From Octopus vulgaris (Eukaryota), in assembly GCA_951406725.2 (NCBI GenBank), contig OX597818.1, positions 147,002,001 to 147,066,000 of the forward strand: DNA of 64,000 nt. The letters are read 5' to 3'. Positions 26,011 to 38,431 of this stretch are shown here, in pieces. The position numbers were made by a program, and so were the translations under genes. How positions within the stretch are numbered: the first letter of the stretch is position 1; the number at the start of each line of letters is the position of its first letter. The notes below the pieces were generated by a model. The model saw nothing but the letters and a program-made list of their open reading frames with translations, did not search any database and was not told the origin of the DNA.

Positions 26011-27423
26011 CCTCCCTCCCTCTTTGTCTCTTTCTGACCATATTCTTCTCACTCAAGAGCACCTACTATCTTTCTGTTATTCCCTGCAGCATACAAACTT
26101 AAGAAACATTTTAGTTCTGTCCATCCATCCATTTTCACCACCCACTATTCCTGAGAGGGTCGTATGGGTAGAGTCCTAAGGGTAGAGTCCTCCATAGGGT
26201 TCTTTTCAGAAGCAACCCTCTTTACACTTTCCTGCTGGATTCCCAAGTGTAACCAACTGAGATTATGGATATTCTACAATCATCTTGATCTTGGTTTATC
26301 CTTAGGTCTCCTGTCGGTGGGCTGGGCTTCAACAATCTGTCTTGTCTTTTCCTCTGGCATTCTAAATGACCTTTCAATGTGAAGAAGTAGCGGCTTGACC
26401 TGAAGGCACTCCTTGTTGAGTAGAGTTACTCCAGAGAATCCTTCAGAAGAACCCTATTTCAGCCGCTCATATCCTCAATGGCACACCTAATAAATCCAAA
26501 TCTCGCCAACACAGACTTTCCCCCTAGATTCTAGGTTCTTAATCATTTTTTTTTTGGTGAGGGGTTTGTTTGTTTCTACTATATACGTACCTCTCGCCCT
26601 AAACTAAGATATTCCAGCCAAGTTTCCATTATTTTGGTAAATCCCACTTCTCATGACCACTTAAAAACAGCTACAAAATAGTACTGTGCTTTTATTTGTC
26701 TTTCTTTTTATCCAAGTCAACATTTACCCTCTTATATTTTATGCTACTTTCGTGATTCTACAGAGTTCTAAGTGCATTCATCCAATCAGAAAACTCACTT
26801 ATTTTGAATGATGTTTGGCATTTATAAAATAGATTTCAAACAAAACAATGTATTCTGTCCTTGTTCTTTGAATAAACTAACCTGAATTTCGTCCTAGACA
26901 AGCCGTTTTTCAATCTTTATGATTTTTTAAAAATAAATTACCGTCTTGCATTAAACAATTTTGTATGAAAGAATTGCTGTCTTCGTCCAGCTTGAGAGGT
27001 CACTGTATTCTTTAAAATCAATGAATTTGTTTCTTGGTTCATATTTCTACTTGGCCTTTTTTGTTTTCTTTTTTGTTTTTTCTACTTTCCTGCAGACATG
27101 GAAGTACAAGAACTACATGATCACTCTGATCTTCATTAAAAGTGTCAACAGTGGGTTGAAATTTGTTAGTAACAGTTCCCACAGTTTGTAGGCAATCATT
27201 TAATTCATTGGCACTTGATTAACTTGTTTCAGCTGTAGATGATGGCAAATTTTACATTGTAAAATAGCAGTGGTTAATAACAATGGGTTAAATTACTAAT
27301 TCCTTCTGGGAATGTAACGATTACCACACAACATACTCGTATTTGATAATGAAACATGAAAAATTTTGTAATTTATGATTTTATAGTAAAAAGATACACT
27401 AAATTTCCTGTTTTAACTTGCTC

Positions 27424-27471
<48 letters not shown>

Positions 27472-27478
27472 TATTGAG

Positions 27479-28167
27479 CCTCAAATTGTGTGGGTCTTTA
27501 CCTCAATGAGGCCAAGACTGAATACATAAACAAGTGCCTGTCCAACAGTGATTGCATCATCCATACTCTCAACAATGCGCCCTTAAATATGGTTTCTGAT
27601 TACAAATATCTTGGGTCATACATATCATCATCTGCAAAAGACTTTCTAACTAGAAAGGGTATGGCCTGGTCAGCCTGTAATGACATGCATAAGATCTGGT
27701 CATCAAATCTAAGTAGAGACCTCAAACTTGAAATCTTCAAAGCCACAGTCGAATCAATTCTACTATATGGCTCAGAAACCTGGACGTTATCAAAGAAGCT
27801 TGAGAGGCGGTTGGATGGAACCTACACTCGCCTCCTTATGAGAGCTCAAAACCTCTCGTGGAAGCGCCATCCAACCAAAATGCAAATATATGGGAAACTA
27901 CCACCTGTGTCATCTCTTGTGAAAGGTAGGAGAGTCCAGTTTGCTGGACATTGTTGTAGAGCTGAAAAAGAAGTAATTTCTACTCTTCTCCTCTGGAAGC
28001 CATCTGCTCGCAATACCAGAGGGCGCACATTCTCCTACCCTGATGTAATCTCCAGGGATACAGGCATCAGGCAACAGGACCTCCATAATGCCATGATGGA
28101 CCGTGAAGTCTGGCGTAGCCTGGTAAATTCCATTGTCTCGACCACGGTCGAACAATGATGATGATGA
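27479..28167 (+). mobile_element. Young 5'-truncated RTE-like LINE with open C-terminal ORF, (TGA)n tail and 12-bp target-site duplication (TSD)
   Basis: ORF 27490-28158 (YKYLGS, ILLYGSETW, FAGHC); TSD tgtgatattgag at 27467-27478 and 28168-28179. Confidence 0.9.
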
Positions 28168-28755
28168 TGTGATATTGAGAAGGCTAAGAGGTTTCACAGG
28201 AATAAATTTGTTAAAACAAAAGGTTAAAATGCATGAATAAACGAAGAAAATATTTACATCTTCATTGAAGCAGGCTACCACTTTCAGTTATCTAAGTTAG
28301 TTTAATCATGCAGTAAGAGAAAGCAAAATATATTGAAATAATTTTTAATTAATTTTTTCTGATATCACTTTTGGAAGTTCATGTGTTTGTTTTACAAAAT
28401 TCACACGGTGCTAGTCATTGGTTTCCTTCTAATGGTGACTGGGTCATAATAGTAACTGTAACAGTTTTAATACTGGCTGTTGCCTTTTGTTCCTTACTGA
28501 TAATGATGGCATTAAGGAGTGACTATTAATAGTGGGATTTGTATTGTAGCAGCAGCAATAGCAGTATTAGCGATGGTGGTGGTTGTTGTTGTAATAGTGG
28601 CTGTATCAGCTTCACTATTCAAAGTAGCAGTAGCAGCTTAGGCAGCAGTAGCAGTGGTAGTGGTGGTGGAAATATTAGAAGCTGTAGATGTAGTAGTGGC
28701 TTTAGTGGCATGCTGTTGAAGTAGTTGAAATAGAGGCAGTACCAGCTGTAGTATT

Positions 28756-29854
28756 CATCATCATCATTGTTCGACCGTGGTCGAGACAATGGAATTTACC
28801 AGGCTATGCCAGACTTCACGGTCCATCATGGCATTAAGGAGGTCCTGTTGCCTGATGCCTGTATCCCTGGAGATTACATCAGGGTAGGAGAGTGTGCACC
28901 CTCTGGTATTGCGAGTAGATGGCTTCCAGAGGAGAAGAGTAGAAATTACTTCTTTTTCAGCTCTACAACAATGTCCAGCAAACTGGACTCTCCTACCTTT
29001 CACAAGAGATGACACAGGTGGTAGTTTCCCATATATTTGCATTTTGGTTGGATGGCGCTTCCACGAGAGGTTTTGAGCTCTCATAAGGAGGCGAGTGTAA
29101 GTTCCATCCAACCGCCTCTCAAGCTTCTTTGATAACGTCCAGGTTTCTGAGTCATATAGTAGAATTGATTCGACTGTGGCTTTGAAGATTTCAAGTTTGA
29201 GGTCTCTACTTAGATTTGATGACCAGATCTTATGCATGACATTACAGGCTGACTAGGCCATACCCTTTCTAGTTAGAAAGTCTTTTCCAGATGATGATAT
29301 GTATGACCCAAGATATTTGTAATCAGAAACCATATTTAAGGGCGCATTGTTGAGAGTATGGATGATGCAATCACTGTTGGACAGGCACTTGTTTATGTAT
29401 TCAGTTTTGGCCTCATTGAGGTAAAGACCCACACAATTTGAGGCTTGTTCGAGAGATTGTAAAAGAGACTGGGCATTGGAGAGAGAATCACTGATAAGAG
29501 CGATGTCGTCAGCAAAGTCAGTGTCTGTCAAGTATTCAGCTGGGTGTCTGGAACTTCTTCTTGGTTTTATTTCAAAGCCTTTGCCAGAGATGGTATCAAC
29601 TGACATACGTAGCACATAGTCAACGACAATGATGAAAAGAAATGGGGTGAGTGTGTCTCCCTGCAGTATTCCGGCTTTGATTGAGAAAGATGATGTTTCT
29701 CCGTCAGGGGTTAAGATGGTTGAAGACGTATTTGTGTAGAGGACCTTGATGGCAGAAATGATTTTGTCTGATATCCCATAGAGCTTAAGGATTTCAAGCA
29801 TCTTGTACCTATCTACAGAATCGAACGCTTTAGAAAAGTCTACAAATACCATTA
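28756..29854 (-). mobile_element. Second, longer copy of the same RTE-like LINE in inverted orientation (RT domain, one nonsense mutation)
   Basis: FVDFSKAFDSV, GILQGDTL.PFLF and FADDIAL motifs; TGG>TAG at 29253-29255; possible 8-bp TSD gtagtatt (28748-28755 and 29855-29862). Confidence 0.9.
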
Positions 29855-30169
29855 GTAGTATTAGTAGCAGCAGAAGTAACAATAGTGGTAGTAATTTTAG
29901 TAGTAGCCATTGCCCTTCCTCTACAACACTGGCTTAGCATTGGTCAGTATTTCATTATCCCATTTGTTTCTTTGTTGATGCGCTGCAGTTGCAATGCGTC
30001 ATCGACAAATTGATATAAAGAAAGATTTTAAAATTTGGTTGTTTCACACTGGCACATGCGTCTATATGCTTACTGGGTCCTCTCTATCTTGTTACTAATG
30101 TTTTAATTTGTAATCTATGCAGTCATTCCAGTTTTCTCTATATAGTTCTCTCCTCCTCTAAGGTTGTGA

Positions 30170-30660
30170 AACATGGCCTATGAGGGTAGTCGATCAGCGA
30201 ACGCTGGAGGTGTTTGACAATGACTGTCCGCCGCATTCTTTGCTGCCAACACATTGATCAGGTTCCTACAGCTGGTCTTCGTCATCGCCTGAATCTCCAG
30301 CTCCCTCCCTTCGGTGCTTCTACAATGGCACTTAAGGTGGTTCAGTCATGCGGCCTGGTGTCCAGAGGGTGAACTGATTTGCAATGTCCTCCTCCCACCT
30401 CCACTTCCTAACTGGCGCAAACGCATGAGTGGGCAGCTGAAGACCTGGGCAACAACAATAAAGGAGGACCTCTCTGAACTCTCGGGTCCACAGGTGGTCA
30501 GTCTGCACAGATGCAACCGCGAATGGCTCGCTATCTCTAGTGACCTTGCACAGGACTGTCGAGCGTGGCCGCCATGGTTCGTGATGCCGTCAGGACCAAA
30601 GAAGAAGCTGGCTCAACCCACCCTGGGTGAACGCCATCACAAGTACAAGTAAGTAAGTAG
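30170..30660 (+). mobile_element. RTE-clade LINE 3' fragment with (AAGT)n tail
   Basis: LRWFSHAA..PEGELI...WRKRMSGQLKTWATTIKEDL...LAQD.RAW. Confidence 0.75.
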
Positions 30661-30673
30661 TTCTCTCCATATA

Positions 30674-30980
30674 GGGTGAAGGCGTGTGGCTTAGTGGTTA
30701 AGGTATTCAGCTCGTACTGTAAAGTTGTGAGTTCAATTCCCGGCAGTGTGTCATTGAGCAAGACATTTTGTTTCATGTTGTTCCAGTCCATTCAACTGGT
30801 AAAAAAAGATTTGTACCTGTATTTCAAAGGATCAGTCTTGTCACACTCTGTGTTATGCTGAATCTCCCTGTTAAGGGTATGTGTGTCTGAGGAGTACTCA
30901 GCCACTTGCATGTTAATTTCACAAGCAGGCTGTTCTGTTCATTGGATCAACTGCAACACTCGTTGCCATGACAACAGCCA
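30674..30980 (+). mobile_element. tRNA-derived SINE (family 3); reverse copy at about 44030-44330
   Basis: A/B-box-like tggcttagtgg...gagttcaattccc followed by the tgagcaagaca core. Confidence 0.65.
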
Positions 30981-31052
30981 TTACAAGGATTAGGTTTTCA
31001 AATGCACAAGTTTTTTTTGGTTTTTTTTAAGAGTTTTTAAGAGTTTTTTATA

Positions 31053-31488
31053 GGTGTAGGAGGGGCTGTGTGGTAAGTAGCTTGCTTACAAACCGCATGG
31101 TTCTGGGTTCAGTCCCACTGCATGGCACCTTGGGTAAGTGTCTTCTACTATAGCCTCGGGCTGACCAAAGCCTTGTGAGTGGATTTGGTATACGGAAACT
31201 GAAAGAAGCCCATCATATATATGCATATAAACATATATATATATATGTGTGTGTGTGCGTGTGTGTGTGTATGTGTGTTTGTTTGTGTGTCCGTGTTTGT
31301 CCCCCCAACATCGCTTGACAACTGATGCTGGTGTGTTTACATCCCCGTAACTTAGCAGTTCGGCAAAAGAAACCAATAGAATAAGTACTAGGCTTACAAA
31401 GAATAAGTCTTGGGGTCGATTTGCTCAACTAAAGGCGGTGCTCCAGCATGGCCACAGTCAAATGACTGAAACAAGTAAAAGAGAGTAA
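31053..31488 (+). mobile_element. tRNA-derived SINE (family 1), full length
   Basis: Same head, body and tail as the 9663 copy, with an internal (TG)n tract. Confidence 0.85.
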
Positions 31489-31854
31489 AACAGATCACCA
31501 ATCTTTCTGATAGATTTAAACATATACCAAAGTATGTTCTTCCCCATTTTTTCAGTTGGTGCTGTTGTTACTGTATGGTGTTAAGCCTTTGTTAATATCT
31601 TTTTATTGACTTAGGCTATCATTTGCTTTTTATGTATTTGAATGATTTTGTTCAAACTGAAGTCTTTTTCAGCAGCAGGATGTTTTCAATTATAATGTTG
31701 TAGGCCTCATTGTTTTTAGGATTATGAATGAAAATGTAAGGTTTTCAATTCCAATATAGTTCTTTGTTTTCTTTCTATTAGTACATAGTTATTGATTCTC
31801 TTGACTCTGTATTCCATTATCGATTGAGGATGGTGGATAATTTCTGTCAACAAG

Positions 31855-32410
31855 TATTGGTTGCCTGGAAAGTTCGCGCCAATTTTTAAAGGAAAGAAAA
31901 AGGCCAATAAATACTTGCCATTACATTTTTAATCAGCCAAATATGAACCATTTTGTTGCATAATGTGTCTCCATCTTTCTTTTAACTTGAAAATACTCTC
32001 TTCTCAGAATTGAGGTGGTTTCATGGCAAAGAATTCATCAAGGTATCTTTTTACATCATCCAAGGAATTGAAATTTTTACCATTAAAACTATTCTGCAGA
32101 GACCTAAATAAGTGGAAATCCGAAGGAGCAATATCTGGTGAATATAGAGAGTGGGGTAACACATCCCAGCAATTTTTGTCTGGTTCCCAAAGCATCAAGT
32201 GCCAAAACTGAACTTTCTTATTTTCCATTTTAAAGGGTTACAGAATTAACACAGGTTATAGGAACATAAATCTTCTTCCACGAAAAGATAGCTTAAACTG
32301 TGCTCTAAATGGAGATGTAGTCAAATCCTATTTTATGGACTCAACCATGTTCTAAACTAAGTTGAAAGGTAAGCTACTATAAATCAGCACAAACTTTCAG
32401 ATACCCAATA
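31855..32410 (-). mobile_element. Internally deleted mariner transposon
   Basis: VLPHSLYSPDIAPSDFHLFRSLQN (mariner YSPDLAP.D motif); TIRs tattggttgcctggaaagtt / aactttcagatacccaata. Confidence 0.85.
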
Positions 32411-32599
32411 TATCCATAAGTTCTTGAAGTCTTGTGTCATGGATATTTTCATTGGATACAATTGTGAAGATCCTTTTAACTAGATTATATAAAGAACATT
32501 TAATCTGGTGTGTCTCGGATGCCATGAATTGAAAGGTAGATACTGTTTGGAGTTTGAAGGCTTATATGTACATCTGATTCTATTTAGTTGACTTGTAGG

Positions 32600-32746
32600 C
32601 ACTAGCATAGCTAGGAGATGGTAGGGGCAGTCTGCCCCAGGTGGCAACTTTTGGGTCTGATGAAGGCATTATGTGTTTTTTGTGGGGTTTGGGGGTGGCA
32701 AACGGAAGGGCCACCCTGAGCAGCACACACTCTAGTTACGCTAGTG
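32600..32746. mobile_element. Small hAT-like MITE; related copy in opposite orientation at 47510-47656
   Basis: TIRs cactagcatagcta / tagttacgctagtg; 8-bp TSD cttgtag(g/t). Confidence 0.7.
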
Positions 32747-33247
32747 CTTGTAGTATAACTAAAAATGAGAGTTGGTCTTAACTATATTCCATGCTGAACA
32801 GTATATTTTTGTTATTGATGAACTTTTGGAATTTTTAGCTTTTCTATGCATTCATTCCATAAAATGAAGCAATTGTCAAGATATCATTTCCAGTTTTCTT
32901 GTGTGTATTTGAAGAAAGAGTTCCCACATTTTGGTAGTGAAGTAATTTTTGTGCATTGGCAATCTCTAGATAACTCGTTACAAACTTTCCAATGGAGGAG
33001 CTGTTTCCATCCCGGTCATGGTCCAAGATTTTTGCCAATAAAAGTCATCAATAAAACACAAAATAATTATTCCCTAGAACGAATTTTAGTCCTTCAATTA
33101 GTTCTTTTTCTATGTGTTGTGATAATTCAACAGTATAATTATCAAACAAGTTAATGGCTTCATTTCTGAAGTCAGGAAGGGTTTTTTTTTAATAAAGATT
33201 CCTTACATTGAAATATACAGAGGATTTTTTTTCCATTACTGAGACTT

Positions 33248-33590
33248 ACATGGTCTGATCAGTAAGCATCTGGACTGTTGCTGTAGTAATGAAAATAAAG
33301 CACACAGAATAAAGCCACTGGGTAAAGATTGACCTTGAACTCTGTTGTGCATGAGCACTAAGTTTTAACATTCTAGCTCACATCAGCAGTGCTGCAAAGG
33401 AAAGTGTGTAGCATGTGATCATCACATTGACCATGACAGAGGAAGTTGAGCAGAGAATCTGCATCAAATTTTGCCAAAAGCTTGGAAATGTCTGAACCAC
33501 TCGCACACTTGTGTGTGGCTCAAACACCCTTCTCCATACTCTTTCTGTAACTTTGCATAGGCTTCTGAGCAGATATTGCCATGACAACTT
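33248..33590 (+). mobile_element. Mariner 5' remnant; related sequence at about 42560-43010
   Basis: MTEEVEQRICIKFCQKLG is a mariner transposase N-terminus; gattgaccttgaactctg is shared with the second copy. Confidence 0.7.
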
Positions 33591-36500
33591 TCTCTGTCAT
33601 TGTCAATAGAAAGATGATGTGATCTGTTTCAGTTCCCATCACGCTTACCCTTATGTAGAAGAATTAATCAGTCATTTAGTTTGATATCACCACCTGCAAC
33701 TTGGGAGACTGAATGAAGTTCACTTTGTTGCAAGCATCCGTGTTAGGTTTCCATTTTGAGGGTAGTTTCCTCCATCTCTGCAATTGGCATTGCCTTCCCT
33801 GCCTGACTAAACAGTAGAAAAATGTCTGTCCACATCCTATAAATAGTTGTTTATGTGCTAAACACTATATAGTAATGGAAAGAATGTTCAATGACTCAAA
33901 AATATGATGGTTAAACTCAAGACCACATACTCTTCTCATGAACTTTGTTTAACTTAAAACAATCTTCAGACAATAACATCAATAGCTAGATATGTCATCT
34001 CCATTTTAAAGAACCGGAAGGTTTGTCTTATATACTGGTTTCAAATTTTGGTGCAAGGCCAACAGATTTGAGGAAGGAGCCAAATCGATTAAATCGATCT
34101 CAGTGTTCAAATGGTTATTTTATCGACCTTGAAAGGATGAAAGGCAAAGTCAACATTGGTGGAATTTGTACTCAGAGCATAGAGACAGACAAAATGCCAC
34201 AAAGCTTGCTGCCTTAAACATTAAGATCCAGAAGAAAAGCACGTAAGCATTTTCTCCGAAGCTCAAACAATTCTTCCAGCTTGCTGCCAAGGTTTGTCTT
34301 ACATATTGAGCAGGATCAGTGATTACGTAGAGACTCCATCATACGATCATCTGGAAATATAGTAGTCTGGAATTATGTAGTGTATTGCAGTATAATAAAC
34401 GAGCAGTGTAGTAGTATAAGCTCTTCGTGCAATATATGCAGTAGTGCACAATACTGTAATGCAGTGTTTCTTGCAGTGGGATTATCCCTTTCTGGGTGGC
34501 GGAATCTGAGAGGTCTGAAAAAGATGGTTTATACTTTTTTAATTTATTCTACTTTATGGTAAAGAAAGAACCACCATATGAATGCAAAAATCTATTTTTG
34601 TCTTCTGGTTAATAAAAGGAAAACAGTGCACAAAATTCCATTAATATTTTATGATCAGGAACCTAACAATTCGATATTGTCATATTTCAAGTGAACATTT
34701 GTTTCTACTTCTCCTCAGATCACAACTCATTCCAAAATCCCAATACATCAACATATCTATAATTTCCCGGTCATTGCAAGCAATTTTTCCAGGTAGACTT
34801 CCTTTTTCATCTTCCCAAGGTATACAAATTAGATCATGCTAGGGTCCACATTATTCTGTAAGAAGCATAGGGCTGGTTTCCCAGTCTCTCTGGCCAATAT
34901 ACTCCTCTCCAAACAGGACACTAGTCTGTCGCAGGATTAATCATTTCAGCTGAGTGGACTGGTGCTTAAGAACACAACACATCATCTGGTTCAGAAATTG
35001 AAACCACAATCTTATGATAATGAGTCTGTAAAGGACCATGCAATGTGAGGTGAAGAGAATGGCTCTTTAGTACCACATCACATGGCCGTTACGATAAAAG
35101 AGAAAATTGATCGAACCATTTACTTCCCAGATGGAAAAATTGACACACCACATAGAATGGTTAAAAGAAGATTTGTTCATATGTTAGCATGTGTGTCTGT
35201 GTTTGCTTCATGTATACAGAATAGTAGACAGGTCATCATGAGAACAAAATGTATGCGTGTGTGTAAGCATAGATGTATGCATGTGTTAAGAACATATAAG
35301 GATGGCAATGAAGATGATGACAGTGAAAGAGTCTATAGCCATCAAAGTGAGAAGTAAGTTGATAGACACAAGAAAGATGAATATTACCAGTTTGTAGTTA
35401 GTCATACACAATACTTGAAATACAGTATCAAGAAGTCGTGGCCATGATGCTAAGCCAGTTACAGGTACATGAAGTCATGGCTGGGATGCTGCTGCTTGGG
35501 TCACTTGATACAAGAGTTCTTGCAGGTTGTATATTTCTGTTGATCCATGGTCAAGTACAAACAGTGAAGTGTTGGAACCTGGGTGAATTGCTTGCTGAGC
35601 TGAGTACTTAGAGAGATGATGTTGACATTAAGAAGGACGTGATGGTGGCCATGAAGAGGGGGGTGCCATAATGCTGTTGAACAAAGTTGGTGAGCCTCAA
35701 CGAAGCTTCTGTGGTGATGGTGTTGTCATCTGGCGTTGTCACTGGAATTGGCTGTGTCTTTGTGGTCAGTGGCTAGACCTTAAAAAGTCTGGAACCAAAG
35801 ACTTCGAAATGAGGAGAAGCTGAGCTTTTATAAGGAACTGTAGGCTCAAAACAGGATACAGAACAGGCTGTCCCACGTGATCATATTTAGGGACTCTGAC
35901 TGGTTATACACAGCAAGTTGATACGACAGAGCAAGAGACAAACTGTGCCAATACCAACCAATCAGAGTAGTGGACACAATGGGTCCAAATAGCAGCCAAA
36001 GGCTAGCTGTTCCCTTCTACGTTCAAATGAACGTATATATAATAAATGGGAGAGAGGAATTTCACCTGAGTCTACGCTGCAAGTCCAACATCCTCAACCA
36101 TTAAGCAATGTGCCTCCACACTAAGGTCAATATAATAAACAGTATTTTAAATGTTTTAATGTTCAGGAGTCAATCTTAATAGACAGAATTTTGAAAGTAG
36201 TTTAGCGGCGTTGGTATAAAGTCTCCCTTGGTTTATTACAGAATCTTGCATGCAATTATATAACATATGTTATGTGTTCACTCGTGGAAATAACACAAGA
36301 AACAAACTTTTAAAATAACAGAGATTTTATTATTCTGTTAAATAATACAGTGGAGAAAATAAACAAATCACGAATTCTGGTGGTTGTATAGGTCATCCAT
36401 CATTTGAATAATTCAACTGTGGCTGTCGTTGGTTACATATGCTTCATTATAATGGCAGGAAAATAACATGACTCGCCTTCATGAAAATTGCTCACTCCTC

Positions 36501-37902
36501 TGTCATAGATGTTGTGCTAAACCTATATATATAGACAGAGGTAGGCTCCAGCACGGATTCAGATGAGTTGTTTGAAAATGTATTACGCACAATGTAATTG
36601 AATCATTGATCCATATCCCACACAAAACTCAGCCTATTAAAGCACAGGGCTCAACCAATGTTCCAAACTCACATGATAGGTAAGACGACCAACCATTGCA
36701 GATGAACATGGTGAGCACATAAGAAGCTAGTCGACTCCAATATGCCATAATAGAAATTAGTCATGGTACAGCAGTATTCAGTATAAAGCCAGGTTCTAAT
36801 CCATTGGCTTGAGGCAATTAGTGGACTCTGGTTTAAGGTTGCTTGCTGAATTAGTGTCTACTGACCCAAACTGAGTATGGTACCCAAATATACTACTTAG
36901 CCTGATTAATATTTCTCTCATGCAGTGCAACAAGAAGACTGGGCCATGTGAGAGTTTATTGTCTTGTGAAACTGAGATATAATAAGGCACCAGTAATAAG
37001 ATGATACAAACTCCAGTCCAGATCTACCACTACTCTCTCTCTCTCTCTCTCTCTCTCTATGTAACTATGTATCTCTGTACCTGCCTATCTCTCTCACTCT
37101 CTCTGTGTAACTGTGTATCTATATACCTACCTATCTATCTATCTCTTTTCCTCTCTACCTAAATATATATCTTTTTTTCTTTCCTTCTCTTTCTCTCTCT
37201 CTCTCTCTCTCCACTTGATAATCACCACTCTCTTCTAATACAGTTTATGTGACAGTTTAACTTGTTCTGCTTCTCAAATGTTTTGTTTTCAGATGAATTG
37301 TTTATATGTTAAGTAACATTTAAACAACTACTTTCTCCTTGCTACATTTCAATTGATAAAACTTAAACAGTCATCGCAAGCTGACAGGTTTATAGTTTGC
37401 AAAAATTCCACTTCAAAACACACACGAAAAAGCCAATAATATGACAAAAGAATGGTCATAATGTTAAAATGTAATTAAAATAGCAGCAGTAAAACAACTC
37501 CCATTTCAATGTCCGAGGAATCTACAAACAATTGTAGTGATGCATCAAGTGTTATTGGATTATTCCTTTCTTAAGCACCTGGGTGAGGGGTTCTGTACCT
37601 TCAGTGTAGTTGAGACATAACTGCCATAGAAGTTGGTGATGAGGTAAAGAAATTTCTTCAAATTATGCGGTGATGTGGATGCAAGAAATTTGGGGCTAAT
37701 CATTATTTGTCTCTCCAGTCGGCACATTCCGTCTTTGTCAAGCATATGATTAAGATCAACCAGATATGATGCACCTTTATCATGGTCATCAGTCATATAT
37801 TCTTAGTAGTCTTAGGCTACTTACAAAGTAAAATAGATTGCATGTGTAGAGAATCACCACTCTAATGTTTAGTTGAGTTTTCAAATATTTTATTAACCCA
37901 CA

Positions 37903-38431
37903 TACTGTAAATCCTCGAGTTTAATCTGCATTTTTTCCCCAAAATTTAAAGGTCAAAATCCCTAGTGCGTACTATATACGAGGATAAAAATGAAAAATAT
38001 TTTCTAAGTAATGTCCGAGTCTCTAGTTGCTATCCGGCAATGTTTATTCAGACACATTTTGTGATGCTGGGCACGAAAATACCTTAAGCTAAACCTGAAA
38101 GCAATGAAGTCATAAAAAATCATCCATAATTTGCAGTAAGCAACATTTATTAAAATAAAAGTATTCAGAACACAGAATAAATAACCTGTAACAAAAACAA
38201 TTTGCAAATGTATTTACATTCCCATATAACAGTTAAGAACATCACCATAATTGTATTACACATGCATGGAAGTGTTTGCTCAACTAGGTGCTGCTGGCTT
38301 AATTATGCACAACTCAAGTTAGAGAAGGAGTGCATATTATACACAAGTTTTAGGTTTCTCAGAGGTACAGCCCCCTAAAATTCCCCTATGTATTATACTC
38401 AAGGTCAGACTATACTTGAGGATTAACGGTA
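37903..38431. mobile_element. Tc1/pogo-type MITE
   Basis: TIRs tactgtaaatcctcgagttta / tatacttgaggattaacggta with TA ends. Confidence 0.65.

Noticed and set aside
32844-33154. Overlapping ORFs or a possible exon of a third gene
   Set aside because: No recognisable motif or consistent splice partners; the most coding-like minus frame has several stops.
37560-37796. 78-aa minus-strand ORF with natural-looking composition
   Set aside because: In-frame stop just upstream, no convincing acceptor in frame, no recognisable family.
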